DNA of 64,000 nt from the human T2T-CHM13v2.0 reference genome, Homo sapiens, in NCBI RefSeq assembly GCF_009914755.1, contig NC_060926.1; one strand, given 5' to 3'. The notes under the pieces were generated by a model, which had not been told where the DNA came from, searched no databases, and saw only the letters and a list, made by a program, of their open reading frames with translations. The translations under genes were made by a program, and so were the position numbers. This document shows, piece after piece, positions 1 to 12,444 of the stretch. Every line of letters starts with the position of its first letter. Position 1 is the stretch's first letter.

Positions 1-1383
1 ATAGCGAGAAGAGCACCCACCTTTTTTTTGCAGAGGTGATGGAGTATAGTTTTAATGAGAGGTGAAATCACACAGGAGCCCCCGGTTTCTGGCTGTGGCT
101 TGCACCACCTGCTTCCTGTTTCAATGAACGTTGATGAAAGTGGAGTTTTGTCAATTTTTAAAAAACCACTGCCTGCCTTCATCAGGTTTGATATTTTCAA
201 AGTGTGGCTGCCTCTTCTCGCGCCCCCCGCTTCCCCTGATGGACGTCCATCCTCCTGCTCCGCGTGGCTCAGGGTCCTGCTTCACACCTACACTGGCATC
301 CCATAAGCACAAGGTTCCAAACGTGAGTCATCAGCATTTGCATGAGGAAACAAGGTAAGCAAAGATTTGGCAAGAAGAATTCGAACTCAAAGCCATAATA
401 TTATTCATGAATTATGAGCAACAAGATTAGATCTGGAGCTTGTTTCAGTGAGGATTTGAGAGGAGAGGGATCAGGAGACTGACTTGGCCCGTCAGCCCCG
501 CTGCTGTGATCTGTGGAGAAACAGGATTCCATTGAGCTTCATTCTATGGGCACACAGCTGCTTTCAAAAATTCTTTCTAATGATGAGCTTGCTAAGAAAA
601 ATGCTCATCTTTTTCTGTAATAAGGCTGGACATTTTCCTTAGAGAGGCTTTCATCTGTTTTTTTTTTTTCCTTGTAAATGGGAAAATTGCCAAACATCTG
701 GGTACCAAATGCCCACAGTCTCTGAGGTCCATCCATGGGGCAGCCGCTCTGTGAAATGAAAATGTTGCTTCTTGACTTGACGAAGGCTCATGTGCAAACC
801 CCTGGCTCAATGGTGCCTATGGCCACAATCCCCCAATTAACCATCAGATCTGCTTGCAGAGGGCTGCCCCACGTCCAGAAAGGCTGCAGTAACTCGGGGA
901 GTGTGGCTGGATGTGATACCTACTTGGGGGCTCACAGCAGCCCGCATGTGTTTTTTTAAGTAGTTCCATGAGGCAAACTCTCCAACTAATGAGGCCTGTG
1001 TTGGAAGACTTGGGTCCTGAAATTGCTCAACCTGACAACTGCATAATAAGAAAGATGTTCCCAGGTCAGTTCACCTAGCAGTTCTGTCATCTGATCACAA
1101 TTTCAGCTGCTGCTGCTCCGTCGGCCTGGGGCTCACGAGAAGGAAGACCTGGAAACCATGCCAGGGCAACAGGAAGGGGTGTCAGGCTGAGCTTGTTCCC
1201 TCAGCAAATCCTTTCTAAAAGCCAGGTGTGTTCACACAAGGTGTAGGGACAAATTCCTATAGGTCAAATTAAGCCAGAGATAATCCTGCTAGGTCTTCAA
1301 TTTCTGCTAATTGGCTAATCATCAAGTTATTTTGCCTGGGGAAGAAGAGAGAAATGGCCTGGTGTTGACTGACGGCATTAAAG

Positions 1384-1690
1384 TGCATGGGCATGTGTGT
1401 GCCTGCATGTGTGTGTGTGATGCACACTTGTGTACGTGCATGCACGTGTGCCTGTGTGTGAACATGTGTGGGTGCGTGCATGCATGTACATGTTGGCATT
1501 TGTGTGTGTGAGCATGTGTGGGTGCATGCATGTGTGTACATGTCTGCATGTGTGTGTGTGAGCATGCGTGGGTGCATGCATGTGTGTACATGTCTGCATT
1601 TGTGTGTGTGAGCATCTGTGGGTGCGTGCATGAGTGTACATGTCTGCATTTGTGTGTGTGAGCATGTGTGGGTGCGTGCAGGTGTGCCGT
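1384..1690. repeat. TG/CATG-rich minisatellite; 50-bp unit, ~4.6 copies at 1451-1680
   Basis: The unit tgtgtgtgtgagcatgtgtgggtgcatgcatgtgtgtacatgtctgcatt recurs at 1451, 1501, 1551, 1601 and 1651. Confidence 0.95.
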
Positions 1691-2049
1691 ATGTGTCCAT
1701 ACGCTCCTTATGAAAGCCTTGTGGAATTAACATCATGGAAAAAAACTAAACAGAGACTCCTAAAGTTTACGTAACTTGCCATGTTCCAGAGTCAGCATTT
1801 AATCCTATACGTGTACACTTTATACACGAAATAAAAATCAATCCATCTGCACATGAGTTATGACCAAGTGTAGACTTATTCTGCACCAATGGGAGGAGAC
1901 TCAGGAGGGGATCTCCACTGCCAGCAGATGGGAGGTTGTAGGGGAAGGACTGGACCCTGCAGAGGATTTGGGTAGACAGAGGAGAGAGCAAGCAAAGCCA
2001 GGTGGGAGTCCACGCTTGACCTTTGCTTAAAGATATCCTTTACTCTCTC

Positions 2050-2182
2050 TGCACCTGATTTAACTCATCTGAAAGATAAAAATAAAAATAAATACCCTTG
2101 CTTAAGGTTGTCATCAGGATTAAAGAAGAGAGTGTGAGACTTGCATGGCTCATACTAGGCATTAAGAATAGTAGTTATTATT
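2050..2182 (+). mobile_element. MIR SINE fragment
   Basis: ctcatctgaaagat...aaggttgtcatcaggattaaag...tagttattatta resembles the MIR core and 3' end. Confidence 0.7.
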
Positions 2183-2527
2183 ACCTGGGCATTCTACAGC
2201 TGAACATGTCGTAATGAAACAACCAAAAACTCAGCTTTCCTGCCCTATACTGTTCCCTTGCATTGTTTCCTCTGGCACAACTGCCCTTACCTGGCTCTTC
2301 TACACCTGCTTAGATGCCTCAGCGTTTAAGCCCTGCTCAAGCACTAGAGTCGCCATGCACCATCTACTGGCTGCCTGTGCAGGACCCCCCTTGGTGCCCC
2401 ACATATGTGTCCACCTCCAGCACTGGCATTTATCCCTGTGACCGACCAGGTTTCCTGTGTTACACTTATCTTTATCTCCAAATGCCTCACAGGGTCAGCA
2501 CCAACGGGTTCACCTGATTGATGCTCA

Positions 2528-2908
<381 letters not shown>

Positions 2909-3004
2909 TCACATTGTGGGTGGATTTTAGGGCTGCTGCTGTGCCAAGGGCCATGGCTGCATCCAATCTTCGCCAAGCCTTGCTCACCCTTTCTTCTTGT
3001 CCCC

Positions 3005-3135
3005 TGAATCCTGTGAGCTACTCTGTCACCTTTTCATCATAGCTGGACACTTGGGGCACAGAGAGCTTAAATAATGTGCCCATGGTCACTGGCCAGAAAA
3101 CAATGGACTGAATTTGGAGGCTGACCTGACCCCTG
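3005..3135 (-). mobile_element. MIR SINE fragment
   Basis: ggcacagagagcttaaataatgtgcccatggtcac resembles antisense MIR (gaggcacagagaggttaagtaacttgcccaaggtcac). Confidence 0.7.
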
Positions 3136-4538
3136 AGGGCCAGCTGCCTAGTGGAGGGGAGCGGGGCTGTGACGGGGGCTTCCTCTTCCACCCATGCCAG
3201 TCTTTGCCTAAGCCAGCAGTATCCCACTTTTATTAAGTCTGATACTTGCAATCTTGCAAAGAACATAATGGAAAACACCCTGGTCAGCCAAGAAGAATGA
3301 CTCCTGTATGTGTGGCACAGTTACTGAAGCTGCCCTTCATGTTTTAGCATAATGCCAGATTCTAGAAATTCAGAGCTGGTCAAAGCAAGTTTCAAACCCT
3401 CAAGGAGTTACAATCTTATGGAAATAAAATCTATAAATAAGCGTTCGTAATATAAGATATAAAATCCTAATTTTCCTAAGAAAGTCACCCACAGATTACT
3501 TTTGTAGTCCCATTTCTAAAATACTGGTACGACAAGGTGGGATCACTTTGCTACTTTGTAGCATTTTGCTATTGAGCCGAAATAGAAATAAACTACTCTG
3601 GTCTCAGTGAAGAATGCCTCACAATTGTCCAACCTGTTTAAACCAGAGATGTATTCTTAGTGCAAAAAAAAAGTCTATTTTCTCTGGAGATGGTAGTTTT
3701 TGATTGTGGCTGGTTCTGTTCCAATAATGTCCCCTTTAGAGGTTTAAGTTCCCTCAGTTGCAAAGGACTTCAAAAGGTCATGGAGCTTTTGCTTCCCTGA
3801 AGACCTTTTTCCTTTATCCAGAGAGCTGATGCTGTGTGGCCATGGAGGGAACTACAACCGAGTCAGATGTCCGGAAGATGCGTGAAGCTCAGAGCCTGAC
3901 AAGTCCCCCTTCTTAAACTCAGGCTGGAGATGGACAAAGTGCTGGGAACTGCAGCTCCTCAGATGCTTTCAAACAATCAAAGTACTTTTCCCCTTCGCTG
4001 AATTCCCACAGTATTCCCGGGGATAGAGTTGAAGTCTTATGTGTAGAAGGAACTCATTTGATTATTAATCATATTCCCAGAGTCATGGAAAAAAATTATG
4101 TTTCCAGGTTTCAACGTCTGCTGAACATACCTCCCCCAGTGCACTGGTGACTGAATTTCTGGGGTAATTCGGAGCCCTCCTCCCTGCCCTCAGAGGCTGG
4201 TGAAGACAGCGCTTTCTAACTGGACATTCACTGTCACAGCAGCATTTCAACACCACGTCCCTTCTCCACAGACGGACATAGAGGTTTGGGAATAAAATAG
4301 AGGTCTGCAGCATAGTGCCTGGCGGGAGACCAGGTGCTGAGATGCCAGATCCTCTCTGCCACCTGTGATTACAGCATCTAGGATTCAGCATGGTCCCGCG
4401 TTGTCCACGTCCACCTGGGGTCTCCTGGTGTGCACACTGCCTGCAGGCTCCCAGGCTTGGGGTCTATACTGCACCTGCCTCAGAGGCATCTCAGGGCCAC
4501 CCATGGATGTTTGATAAACAGGCCTTGGAATCATAAAA

Positions 4539-4711
4539 GTGTTTGTGTTTCTGTTCATCTGTGTATCTGCATGTGTGTGATTAGGTATGTGTGTGTATCT
4601 GTGTGTCCCTGTGTGTCACTGTTTCAGTATGTGTGCATGTGTATCTGTGTATTGTGTGTGTGTGCATGTGCACATGTGTGTGTGCCTGTGTATTGTGTGT
4701 GTGTGCGTGTG
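4539..4711. repeat. Degenerate (TG)n low-complexity tract
   Basis: Interrupted TG dinucleotide runs. Confidence 0.9.
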
Positions 4712-5399
4712 CTGATCATCATGTTTATGGAGGAATTGGGCACGGTCCCTTTGAGAACTGGGAATCTGGTCAAGATGACGTCTCAGGTTTTCTTCTATTA
4801 ATTCTGATTCAGTCTTCTGAGATTTACAGAGAAGCAAAGTACAATAGGTATGGGTGATCATAACAATCTGGTTATTCAGGCATGTGCAAAGTGTTCACCA
4901 GTGTTCTCATTTGCAAAAACACAGAACTTACTATTTTTCTTTGCTTTGGAGATATATATATACAAAATGCCATAAGGAAATTCATGTACCAAAAGCTAAA
5001 ATAGTCTAAATAGCCAATTAGTTTTTAAATACATTCATTGGTCAGGCTTCTTGTTTTTCTTCTTCTTTAAAATATTCAGTTTACTATTCAACAGGAAATG
5101 AGTTGGGAAAAATAACAAAAGTTAAAACCAGCTGTTTGGATGTCTATGCTAATGTCCAGTTCAAGAAAGGGAAAATCGGCTAAGGAACAAGTTTTGTTTG
5201 TTGTTGTTTTGATGATGTCTTCTAATGATTAAACTTACAGTAGGAGGCCTTCATGGTAGGAATTGTTTTATTTATATTTTTTTCAAAAAATGTCTTTCCT
5301 GTGTTATTTACAATAGCACATGTTTTTCTGGAATAGATCTCTGGGGAGGCGAAGTTGATGGTATTTCAGCACAAAATGGCAAAAGTTTGGGGCGGTGGG

Positions 5400-6450
5400 C
5401 AGGAGGCCCTTGCCACTGTGGCGCCAGGAGACTGGGTAAGGCGCCCACCACAGGGCTGGGGATCTCAGGGGCGTCTGAAGAGGAAGAGCTGGCTCGGGGC
5501 GCTCGGGGTAGCACAGCCACACATCCAACCACGGCGCGAGAATCAAGGTGCCAGAATCACAGGACGCGGGAATCACGGGACGCAGGAATCACGGGACGCG
5601 GGAATCACGGGACGCGGGAATCACGGGACGCGGGAATCACGGGACGCGGGAATCACGGGACGCGGGAATCACAGGGTGCCGGAATCAAGGGACGCCAGAA
5701 TCACGGGGCGCGGGAATCAAGCTTCTCCATAAATGACTGACGCAGGGGAGACATGCCAGAATTCTCTGAGTGGTGTATTTAATACAATGACAAATAATTC
5801 GTATGTGGTCTTTTCAGTAAATGTTGTCCAGTGACTACTCTCCCTCAACAATTTAGCTCATACACGGGTTGGGCTCAACACACGCAAACAGCTTTTCACC
5901 GAGCTTTGACGGAAATGAGGCTGCGCTGAGGCGGCGCTGCGGCTGTGGAGATGCCCAATTCGTGGCGCCAGCGGGGGAGGCGGCGCCAGCGGCTGCGCCA
6001 CGTTTTTTCAGGAATTTGTCCTTCTTCAGAAAAGGAGAACACTGCTTCCTGCTAAGCATTTGGATTAGGAGACGCTGGCAAGATTACAGACATGTTGCGA
6101 CCCCCATGCTGAACCTAGAACCTCATACTGGTTTTCAGTCAACATTGGTGAAGGACACAGTCCACTGCCTGCGGAGGCCCCGAGGAACACGCGTGTAAAA
6201 GCTGCGCCCAGACCCGCAGATCCCACAGCAGCAGCCTTTGGTCTCGCGCCAAGACCTGCCCCACCAGATCCCACCCGCCCCACCGGCCTGCCCCACCAGA
6301 TCAAACCAGAGCAGCAGCCTTCCGTCCAGCGCCGAGACCTGACCCATCAGATCCCCGCCTTTGCTGGGGTACTGCGGTGGCCACAACTCGCATGGAGCGC
6401 CGCCTGGGAAAGGGAGGAGAGGACGCATGAGATCAGAAACACTGGCTGCC
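5400..6450. promoter_or_regulatory. CpG-island-like region
   Basis: High GC and retained CpG (ggcgcc and gcggcg clusters at 5420-5720, 5920-6002 and 6170-6430) against a CpG-depleted background. Confidence 0.7.
5533..5720. repeat. 16-bp VNTR GGGACGCGGGAATCAC, ~12 units
   Basis: Five perfect copies at 5593-5672, with degenerate copies on both sides. Confidence 0.97.
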
Positions 6451-6883
6451 GTAAACACTTACAATGAAAATAACGTAACAAATAAGCGAAAGGTAAAATG
6501 TGAAAGAAATCCAACAGGTCTGCAAAAATGGCTGCCTGGCATCACTGAATCCTAAAATCTTCTTGGTGTGGAAGACTCTGTTATGATTTCACAATATGGC
6601 AGCACCAGGTCCCTGGGCGCACACCCAGCCCGATAAACACACCAGCATTTGCCACCACGAGTGACCTAACTCAGCGTGGGCCCAGGATAAGGCCAGTTCT
6701 AAATTATCACAATGCTTTTACAATTCTCTAAAACGTGTCTCTATAATTCATATGCCTTAGTCTTGCCTGTTCTTTTATATATATTACAGGTTTTTTCCTA
6801 CCATCCTGCACTCACTCCAGAACACAAATTGATTAATTGGAAGAGTGATAGGTGGTAGAACTGCCTGGCACATTCCCTGTTCC

Positions 6884-7059
6884 CTTCTCTCCTTTCCTTC
6901 CTTCTCTCCCTTCCTCCTTCCCTCCTTCCCTCCCTTCCTCCCCTCCTCCCTTCTTCCCTTCCTCCTTTCCCCGCTTCCTTCTCTCCCTCCCTTCCTTTCT
7001 TCCTCCCTTAATTCCTTTGTTCCTTTCTTCCTCCCTTTCTGCCTTCCCTTATTTCTTTC
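6884..7059. repeat. Polypyrimidine (CCTT/CT-rich) tract
   Basis: Almost purine-free run of ccttcc and ctccct motifs. Confidence 0.92.
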
Positions 7060-7204
7060 ATTGTTATCCGAACATATTTAATTGGATTTTCATAGAATTC
7101 AATGAAACATAATTGTACTATAAGAGTTTTGCTGAAATGGTCAAGCCCTATCCAGCCCTATCTAGGACAATCTGTGGTGATTAAGCCATGAAGTGAATTA
7201 ATTC

Positions 7205-7285
7205 TTGCATTCATTGATCTATTTAACAAGCATTTGATCCTATTACTTGCTTGCCATTGTGCTGGGTGCTAGATGTGAGGCCGGG
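7205..7285 (-). mobile_element. L2 LINE 3' end fragment
   Basis: cattcattgatctatttaacaagcattt...gtgctgggtgctag resembles the antisense L2 terminus. Confidence 0.6.
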
Positions 7286-8756
7286 AGCCCCCGACAGATG
7301 GAACCTATCCGGAGGAGGCTGTGCTGACCGGCTCTTCTGCGAGCCTCTGGGATTGTCACCAGGGATGGGTTTATCCCTTTCTTCTTGGCTGTAAATCTTC
7401 AGTTAAATTTTCACCTCAGAACTTTCAGTGTCTCTCTTTTTCAATTCCTTCCACATTCATATGCCTCTTACGACTTTCTTAGAAGTATTCTTTTTTTTCT
7501 TCACAAATGCTATGTTTTCATCCTTTATTCCCAAAGAGACTGTCCTGTGTAGAAAAAAAAATTCACCCTGCCTTTAGGGACAAAAGAACTAGGTTTGGGT
7601 GACGCCTCCTTGTCACTGGGCACTCCTGGGAGTCGCAACTTCCGAGCCAACTTCTTCTATTAAATATCTGTGGAAGCCTCTACTTCGTAGGATTCTTATA
7701 AGGAACCACTAAAATAATGCTCAGAGCATTACTACAATCAAATTATAAGTTTTATCATTATTCTATTCATGTTAACCTGGAACTTTAATCTTTACCTGTT
7801 TCATCTTTAAATCTTTTCAAATTATTTTCAGTTCAAAATGTCACATTTTTCATGAAGTGACCTAAAAAAATCACCAAATGAAAATCATATCAACCTAATT
7901 GGAAGTGTCGTGGCACCTTGCCCCTCACTTTAGAGAGTCGATTCTTCTCCTGAGATAATCATGCTGGAGCCAGCCTGGATTCTGGTGTCAGGCGGCGGCC
8001 CTGAAACTTGCCAACGCCACTTCTCCTGGTGTAGCCTTCACAAAGGGTGCCCACCAATTGCACGGGCAGGTAAACGAAGGCCTGGAGTTTGAAATACATG
8101 TTTCCTCCTGGCCCTCCCTTCACTGTAAGGGCTTTTGTATAGCCAATTTGAGAAAAATGACGTTTTTAGGTGTAGGCAGTTTGAGATCATTTTCAAGCTT
8201 TAGCACAGCTTTATTTATGCACACTGCCTACTCCCTAATGTAGAATTATCACGTGGAATCCTTAGTGGAGTCCACCTCCCTAACGATGCTGTTTTCTATG
8301 GCATGCTAAAGATAATTAGTTGTATCTTTTCCCACAATTTCTATACAAGAAGTCATATTTAAAACTCCAAATCAACTTGAAATTAAATCTTTGTAATTCC
8401 TTATTGTGTAGAATGAAAGGTGCTCTGTGTACTTGCAAAAATAATTAAATTAGGAAAAAAAAGAATTTAGAAACAGATTCATGTCCTCACGGCGGGTGGC
8501 ACTGTCAGCTGCTCCCAGGGCCAGCCCTGCCGGCATGCTCAGCTTTGACCTAAGTCTCAGCTTCCTCCGAGGGGATGGAAAGACCCCAGGGTGCACAGCG
8601 TCTCCTCCTTCCCCTAGCCTCTAGGTCAGAGCTTGACCCGTAACAGGTCTTTGTTAAACATTTGCAAAGTGAACGTTGCCTCAATCCCTCGGAACAATAA
8701 CCACACCAGCAGGTCAAATCACTGCCTGGAGTGGAGGAGCTCATTTCAGAGAGAAG

Positions 8757-8790
8757 TTGTGTTTTGTTTTGTTTTGTTTTGTTTTGTTTT
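8757..8790. repeat. (GTTTT)n microsatellite
   Basis: About six copies of gtttt. Confidence 0.95.
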
Positions 8791-10261
8791 AATGGCAAAG
8801 AGATCAAAATGCCTTTTCTTGGTCATTAACTCATTTTGGTTGAGAGCATGAGAACCCACCTCAGCCCTGTGTATTCTGTCACCCTTTTGTGGACATTTTT
8901 CTTTCTTTGTTCTTGGCCTGTTTTGTTGCTGTGTGCTGGTCTCAGTGTTCTGTTTCGATTCTCACAAGCTTCATGTGATACTTCTTTAAAAATGGCAATG
9001 ATAAATCAGTTGTTGAAACTCAGTTTTGCTCTAAGGAATGGCAAATTGTCCACATTCCGCATGCTGTATTTGTTGGGAAACTGGAAAATTTCCAGCGCAA
9101 TTAGAATTAGGATATGCTTTAAAGGTCTTGACTCTCTCAAAAACCCTCCAATTTTCCGTCCCCTTGGAATAGCTGAGACGACCTATGGCCAGTGTCCATA
9201 TGACAATGCTGACCCCAGAAAATTAGAAGAGCGGCTAGAAGGAATTCTCATGGGGCCCAGATGTAGAACCACATGGCTTTCAGAATCAAAGCCTATAAGT
9301 ACAGTCTTTGCTGGAGATCTGATGATGCATGTCAGCAAAGACAGGCAGCCTGGGAGTGTTAAGAACTGAAAGCTAGGCTCTCACAAAGTGATGATGCCTA
9401 TAGTTTAAGTTCAGAGTAAGCCAGCCCTCTAGCTTTCCTGGAAGCCCAAGGCAGTAGGGAAAGCATATTTGGATACACCAAAAAAAAATTGACTATTGAA
9501 TGGTATGAAGTGTATTGCCTTTATCCGTCATAACCTGTGGGGGCTGGCGATGTGGCAGAAGAAAGGATGCTTCCGGTGTGGCCACTACAATCATGGAAGA
9601 CATCAAAGAGGGACGGATGCAGCCTCCAGGGAGATGGCATGCTGAGGGAACCAGACAGGAGAGAGGTTCTCTGTTGGTCCAGCAGTCACATGTTCCTCTG
9701 AGCTGAGAACATCTCTTTAATTCTTCTCCCAGATAGCATGGAATTCTACTCTAACTTCCGTAATATGTTGGATAATTTTAATGGGTGTTCCATTTGAAGA
9801 GGGCTATCTACAATTCGTATGATATTGGTCAGTTAAACACCCACAGGTGAATTGACGATTTTCTTTTAGTCTAAGTCCTGAAAACCTTTATTCTATTATT
9901 TTATTATTACACTATCATCATTTCTTAGAGAACAATAACTAAGTATTTATTTTGTCAATTTGATGTTTTTCTTAGATACTTTTGCTAGTTCATTGCAGCA
10001 AAGAACACCAGTGGGCAATCTGATAACTATGCGGAATCTGGGCAAGGCCTAAGATGCAGCTGACAGTAACTGAGGCCTGTGGCTTGGTTAGGGCCAGAAA
10101 CAGAGAACAGAAGGAGAGGGATTTGTTTTATTCCCATTGACCCAGGGCAGGGAGGGACATCCTCACCTAGACAAGGTTGGAACTTTGTAGGTCTTCCCAT
10201 GATTCCTGCCTGCTTTGCAAGCACAAAGCAAACATATCTTTCCAAAGAAGATCTTTGGTTG

Positions 10262-10660
10262 TGGAATCCTGGAATCTCACCATTAGAAGGGACAGCATGG
10301 ACAACCTGTCTCACAATGCAATGGGGTAGGTCAGTGAAGTGGCTTAACTCTTCTGGCTCAGAGTTTCTCAAATTAGGACCCTCAATCCACATGCTTACAG
10401 ACCACCTGGGATCTTGTCAAAATGCATGTCCTCTGCCCCCACTCCAGTTTCTTGGGCTGAAAATTTGACCACCTGCTTTGTAAGCAGATTTCCAGGAAAG
10501 TCCTATGCACCCTGGAGTCAAGGAGGCCACGGAGCCAGGCAAGCCATTCCACTGTGCATGGCTCTCAGAACGTCCTTTCTTGCTGTGAACTGAAGTCTGT
10601 GGTCCTGTGAATTTCTGTCATTAGCTCTCTTTCTGCCCTTGAGTCTTCCCAGGACAAGTC
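10262..10660 (-). mobile_element. L3/CR1 LINE fragment interrupted by MER5
   Basis: ggaatcctggaatc...tagaagggac on the left and ccattccactgtg...tgaactgaagtctgtggtcctgtgaatttc...tctgccct on the right resemble the antisense L3 3' region. Confidence 0.55.
10359..10531. mobile_element. MER5 (MER5A/B) hAT-Charlie DNA transposon MITE
   Basis: cagagtttctcaaa...cacctgggatcttgtcaaaatgca...gcccccactccag...tatgcac matches the MER5 layout. Confidence 0.7.
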
Positions 10661-10699
10661 TTGCCTTGTGTTGGAATCTACTTGCTACAGAGATGCAGC

Positions 10700-11120
10700 C
10701 CTGTGCCGTTAGCAGTCAGAGGGCATGCAGAGGAGCATAACTGAGAGGGCTCAATGTGGGGGATAGGCAGAGTTATGGGGCCACTCAAGGAGGCCCCAAG
10801 GGGTGGCAAGACACCCCAGCATTACAGACAGTGGGAGCAGTCACCACCCTCATCAGAAGGGATAGGAAGGGACGTGGGGCACAGTGGCAGCCTGGCGAGA
10901 GCCAACCTAGGCAAGGCCTCAGATGCTGCACAATCTTTGGCATGACTGAAAGGGGAAGGCAAAAACCCACTCCAGCCTCGATTTCTCTGCACACTGTTTT
11001 CTTGCTAGGGCTCCCTATTGGGAACCCAATTCTCAAGCCTGGAAGCCAAAGGGCAAAAGGGCCCAATGGGTTCATGGCCAAAGGCAAAGAGCAGAGCCAA
11101 TAGGGTGAGCACAGACTTGG
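10700..11120 (-). mobile_element. LTR33-like ERVL solo LTR
   Basis: gctccctattgggaacccaa...ggaagccaaagggcaaaagggccc and cagtgggagcagtcaccaccct resemble antisense LTR33. Confidence 0.6.
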
Positions 11121-12444
11121 GTTCACACAGAGAGACCCAGGTCCTGAGGTCTATGTGATTCCTGTCCCAGGAGCCCCCAGGAAGACATGCCTCCCTCCCA
11201 ACGCTGTCCTGGTTGGCCCCTGTGCGCAAGACCTCATCCTCTTCTCCATTGCTATGGCTTTGTTTTGTTTGAGCATCTCTTCTACTTTAAATATATTGGT
11301 TTTCACTGAACTCATGTGCCTAGTTTTTCCTGTGTTACATGACTGCAATTTTCAGGCCAGGTTTTTTTTTTTTAATTCCTATATATTCTTAGTATCTTGT
11401 GATTATTAAGTGATTAGCATCTGAGTGTGTGTGTGTGTGATGAATAAAACTGAATTAGCTCAGTTACTCCCAGTTCAGCCGATGATGAAGGAAATGTGGA
11501 TTTCCTAAGGAGTCTGATGTGAAGATTCCATTAAACTAAAAAGCTTTCTACGGTACAAAGAAGACATACGTTAGAAGGCCCTTAATAGTTTTCCAATTAA
11601 GCAAAGAGGTGATTTATATGAGGATTTCCAGTTGTTCTCTCTCTGCAACTGTGAAAGGACAAGGACTCACCACTTCCTTTGTCTCCATCCATCCAGAGTT
11701 GTGTAGCCACTGCACCCTGAGAACTTCAGGGCTACAGAGAACAACAAGCATGCTCGGCACCTCAAGGGGCCATACAGATGCTGCCAAGGACGCAGGAAGA
11801 AGGCTGGTGTGGGGTGGGAACCTGAGGCGGGGGCTGTGTTTGAAGAGGACAATCGCAGCAAGATCACACAGACTGTCACGACAATCCAGCCCTGAGGTAG
11901 CTCAGTGCGCCTCCAGGAGGGGCTTTGTCTCCTATTTGTCACCTATAAGAATTCTGAGGGGAACATTTGTCCTCCAGTTATTGTCTTAATGAATTTCAAC
12001 TGAGACACAGATTTCTGCCATAAGGCCTGGCCCAGAGGGGATGCCCAGGGTGGCAGGGAGGCTTCCATCCTAGTAACTTCCACTTGCCCCTGGGGAGCTT
12101 TCACAGTGGACAGGCACCTCAGGCAAATGCTTCGTCTGTACTTTGCAAAAACACCTCAATCAAGTGCCACGGGCACTGGCATCCAGGCCTCACCATCCTG
12201 AGGCTGCTACTGACCAAAGGCCAGAATGGGCAACAGGGAAAGATCACAGACATTTTTAACAGAATTTTTCAGAACATGGACTTTGGCATGACCTAGTGGA
12301 ATGGAGTTTCCTTTTCTAGGGAAGACCAATGGTCTTTATTGTTTCTTTTAGGCTTAATTAGTTATGAAGGAATCCTTGTCTAAATAAAAAGGAAGCATTT
12401 AGAGTTCGTGACTGTTGTGGGTCCAGAGTTGATGAGTTTAGGAG

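Noticed and set aside
5225-5740. 171-aa ORF ending in RESRDAGITGRGNHGT repeats
   Set aside because: The 16-bp period makes the same peptide appear in all three frames, a VNTR artefact.
5964-5985. Possible CTCF site gcgccagcgggggaggcg
   Set aside because: The G-run register is off by one from the CCASYAGRKGGCRS core, so it is too weak to call without a matrix scan.
8836-9369. 177-aa ORF with a hydrophobic N-terminus
   Set aside because: The hydrophobicity comes from T-rich sequence. No recognisable domain or exon structure.
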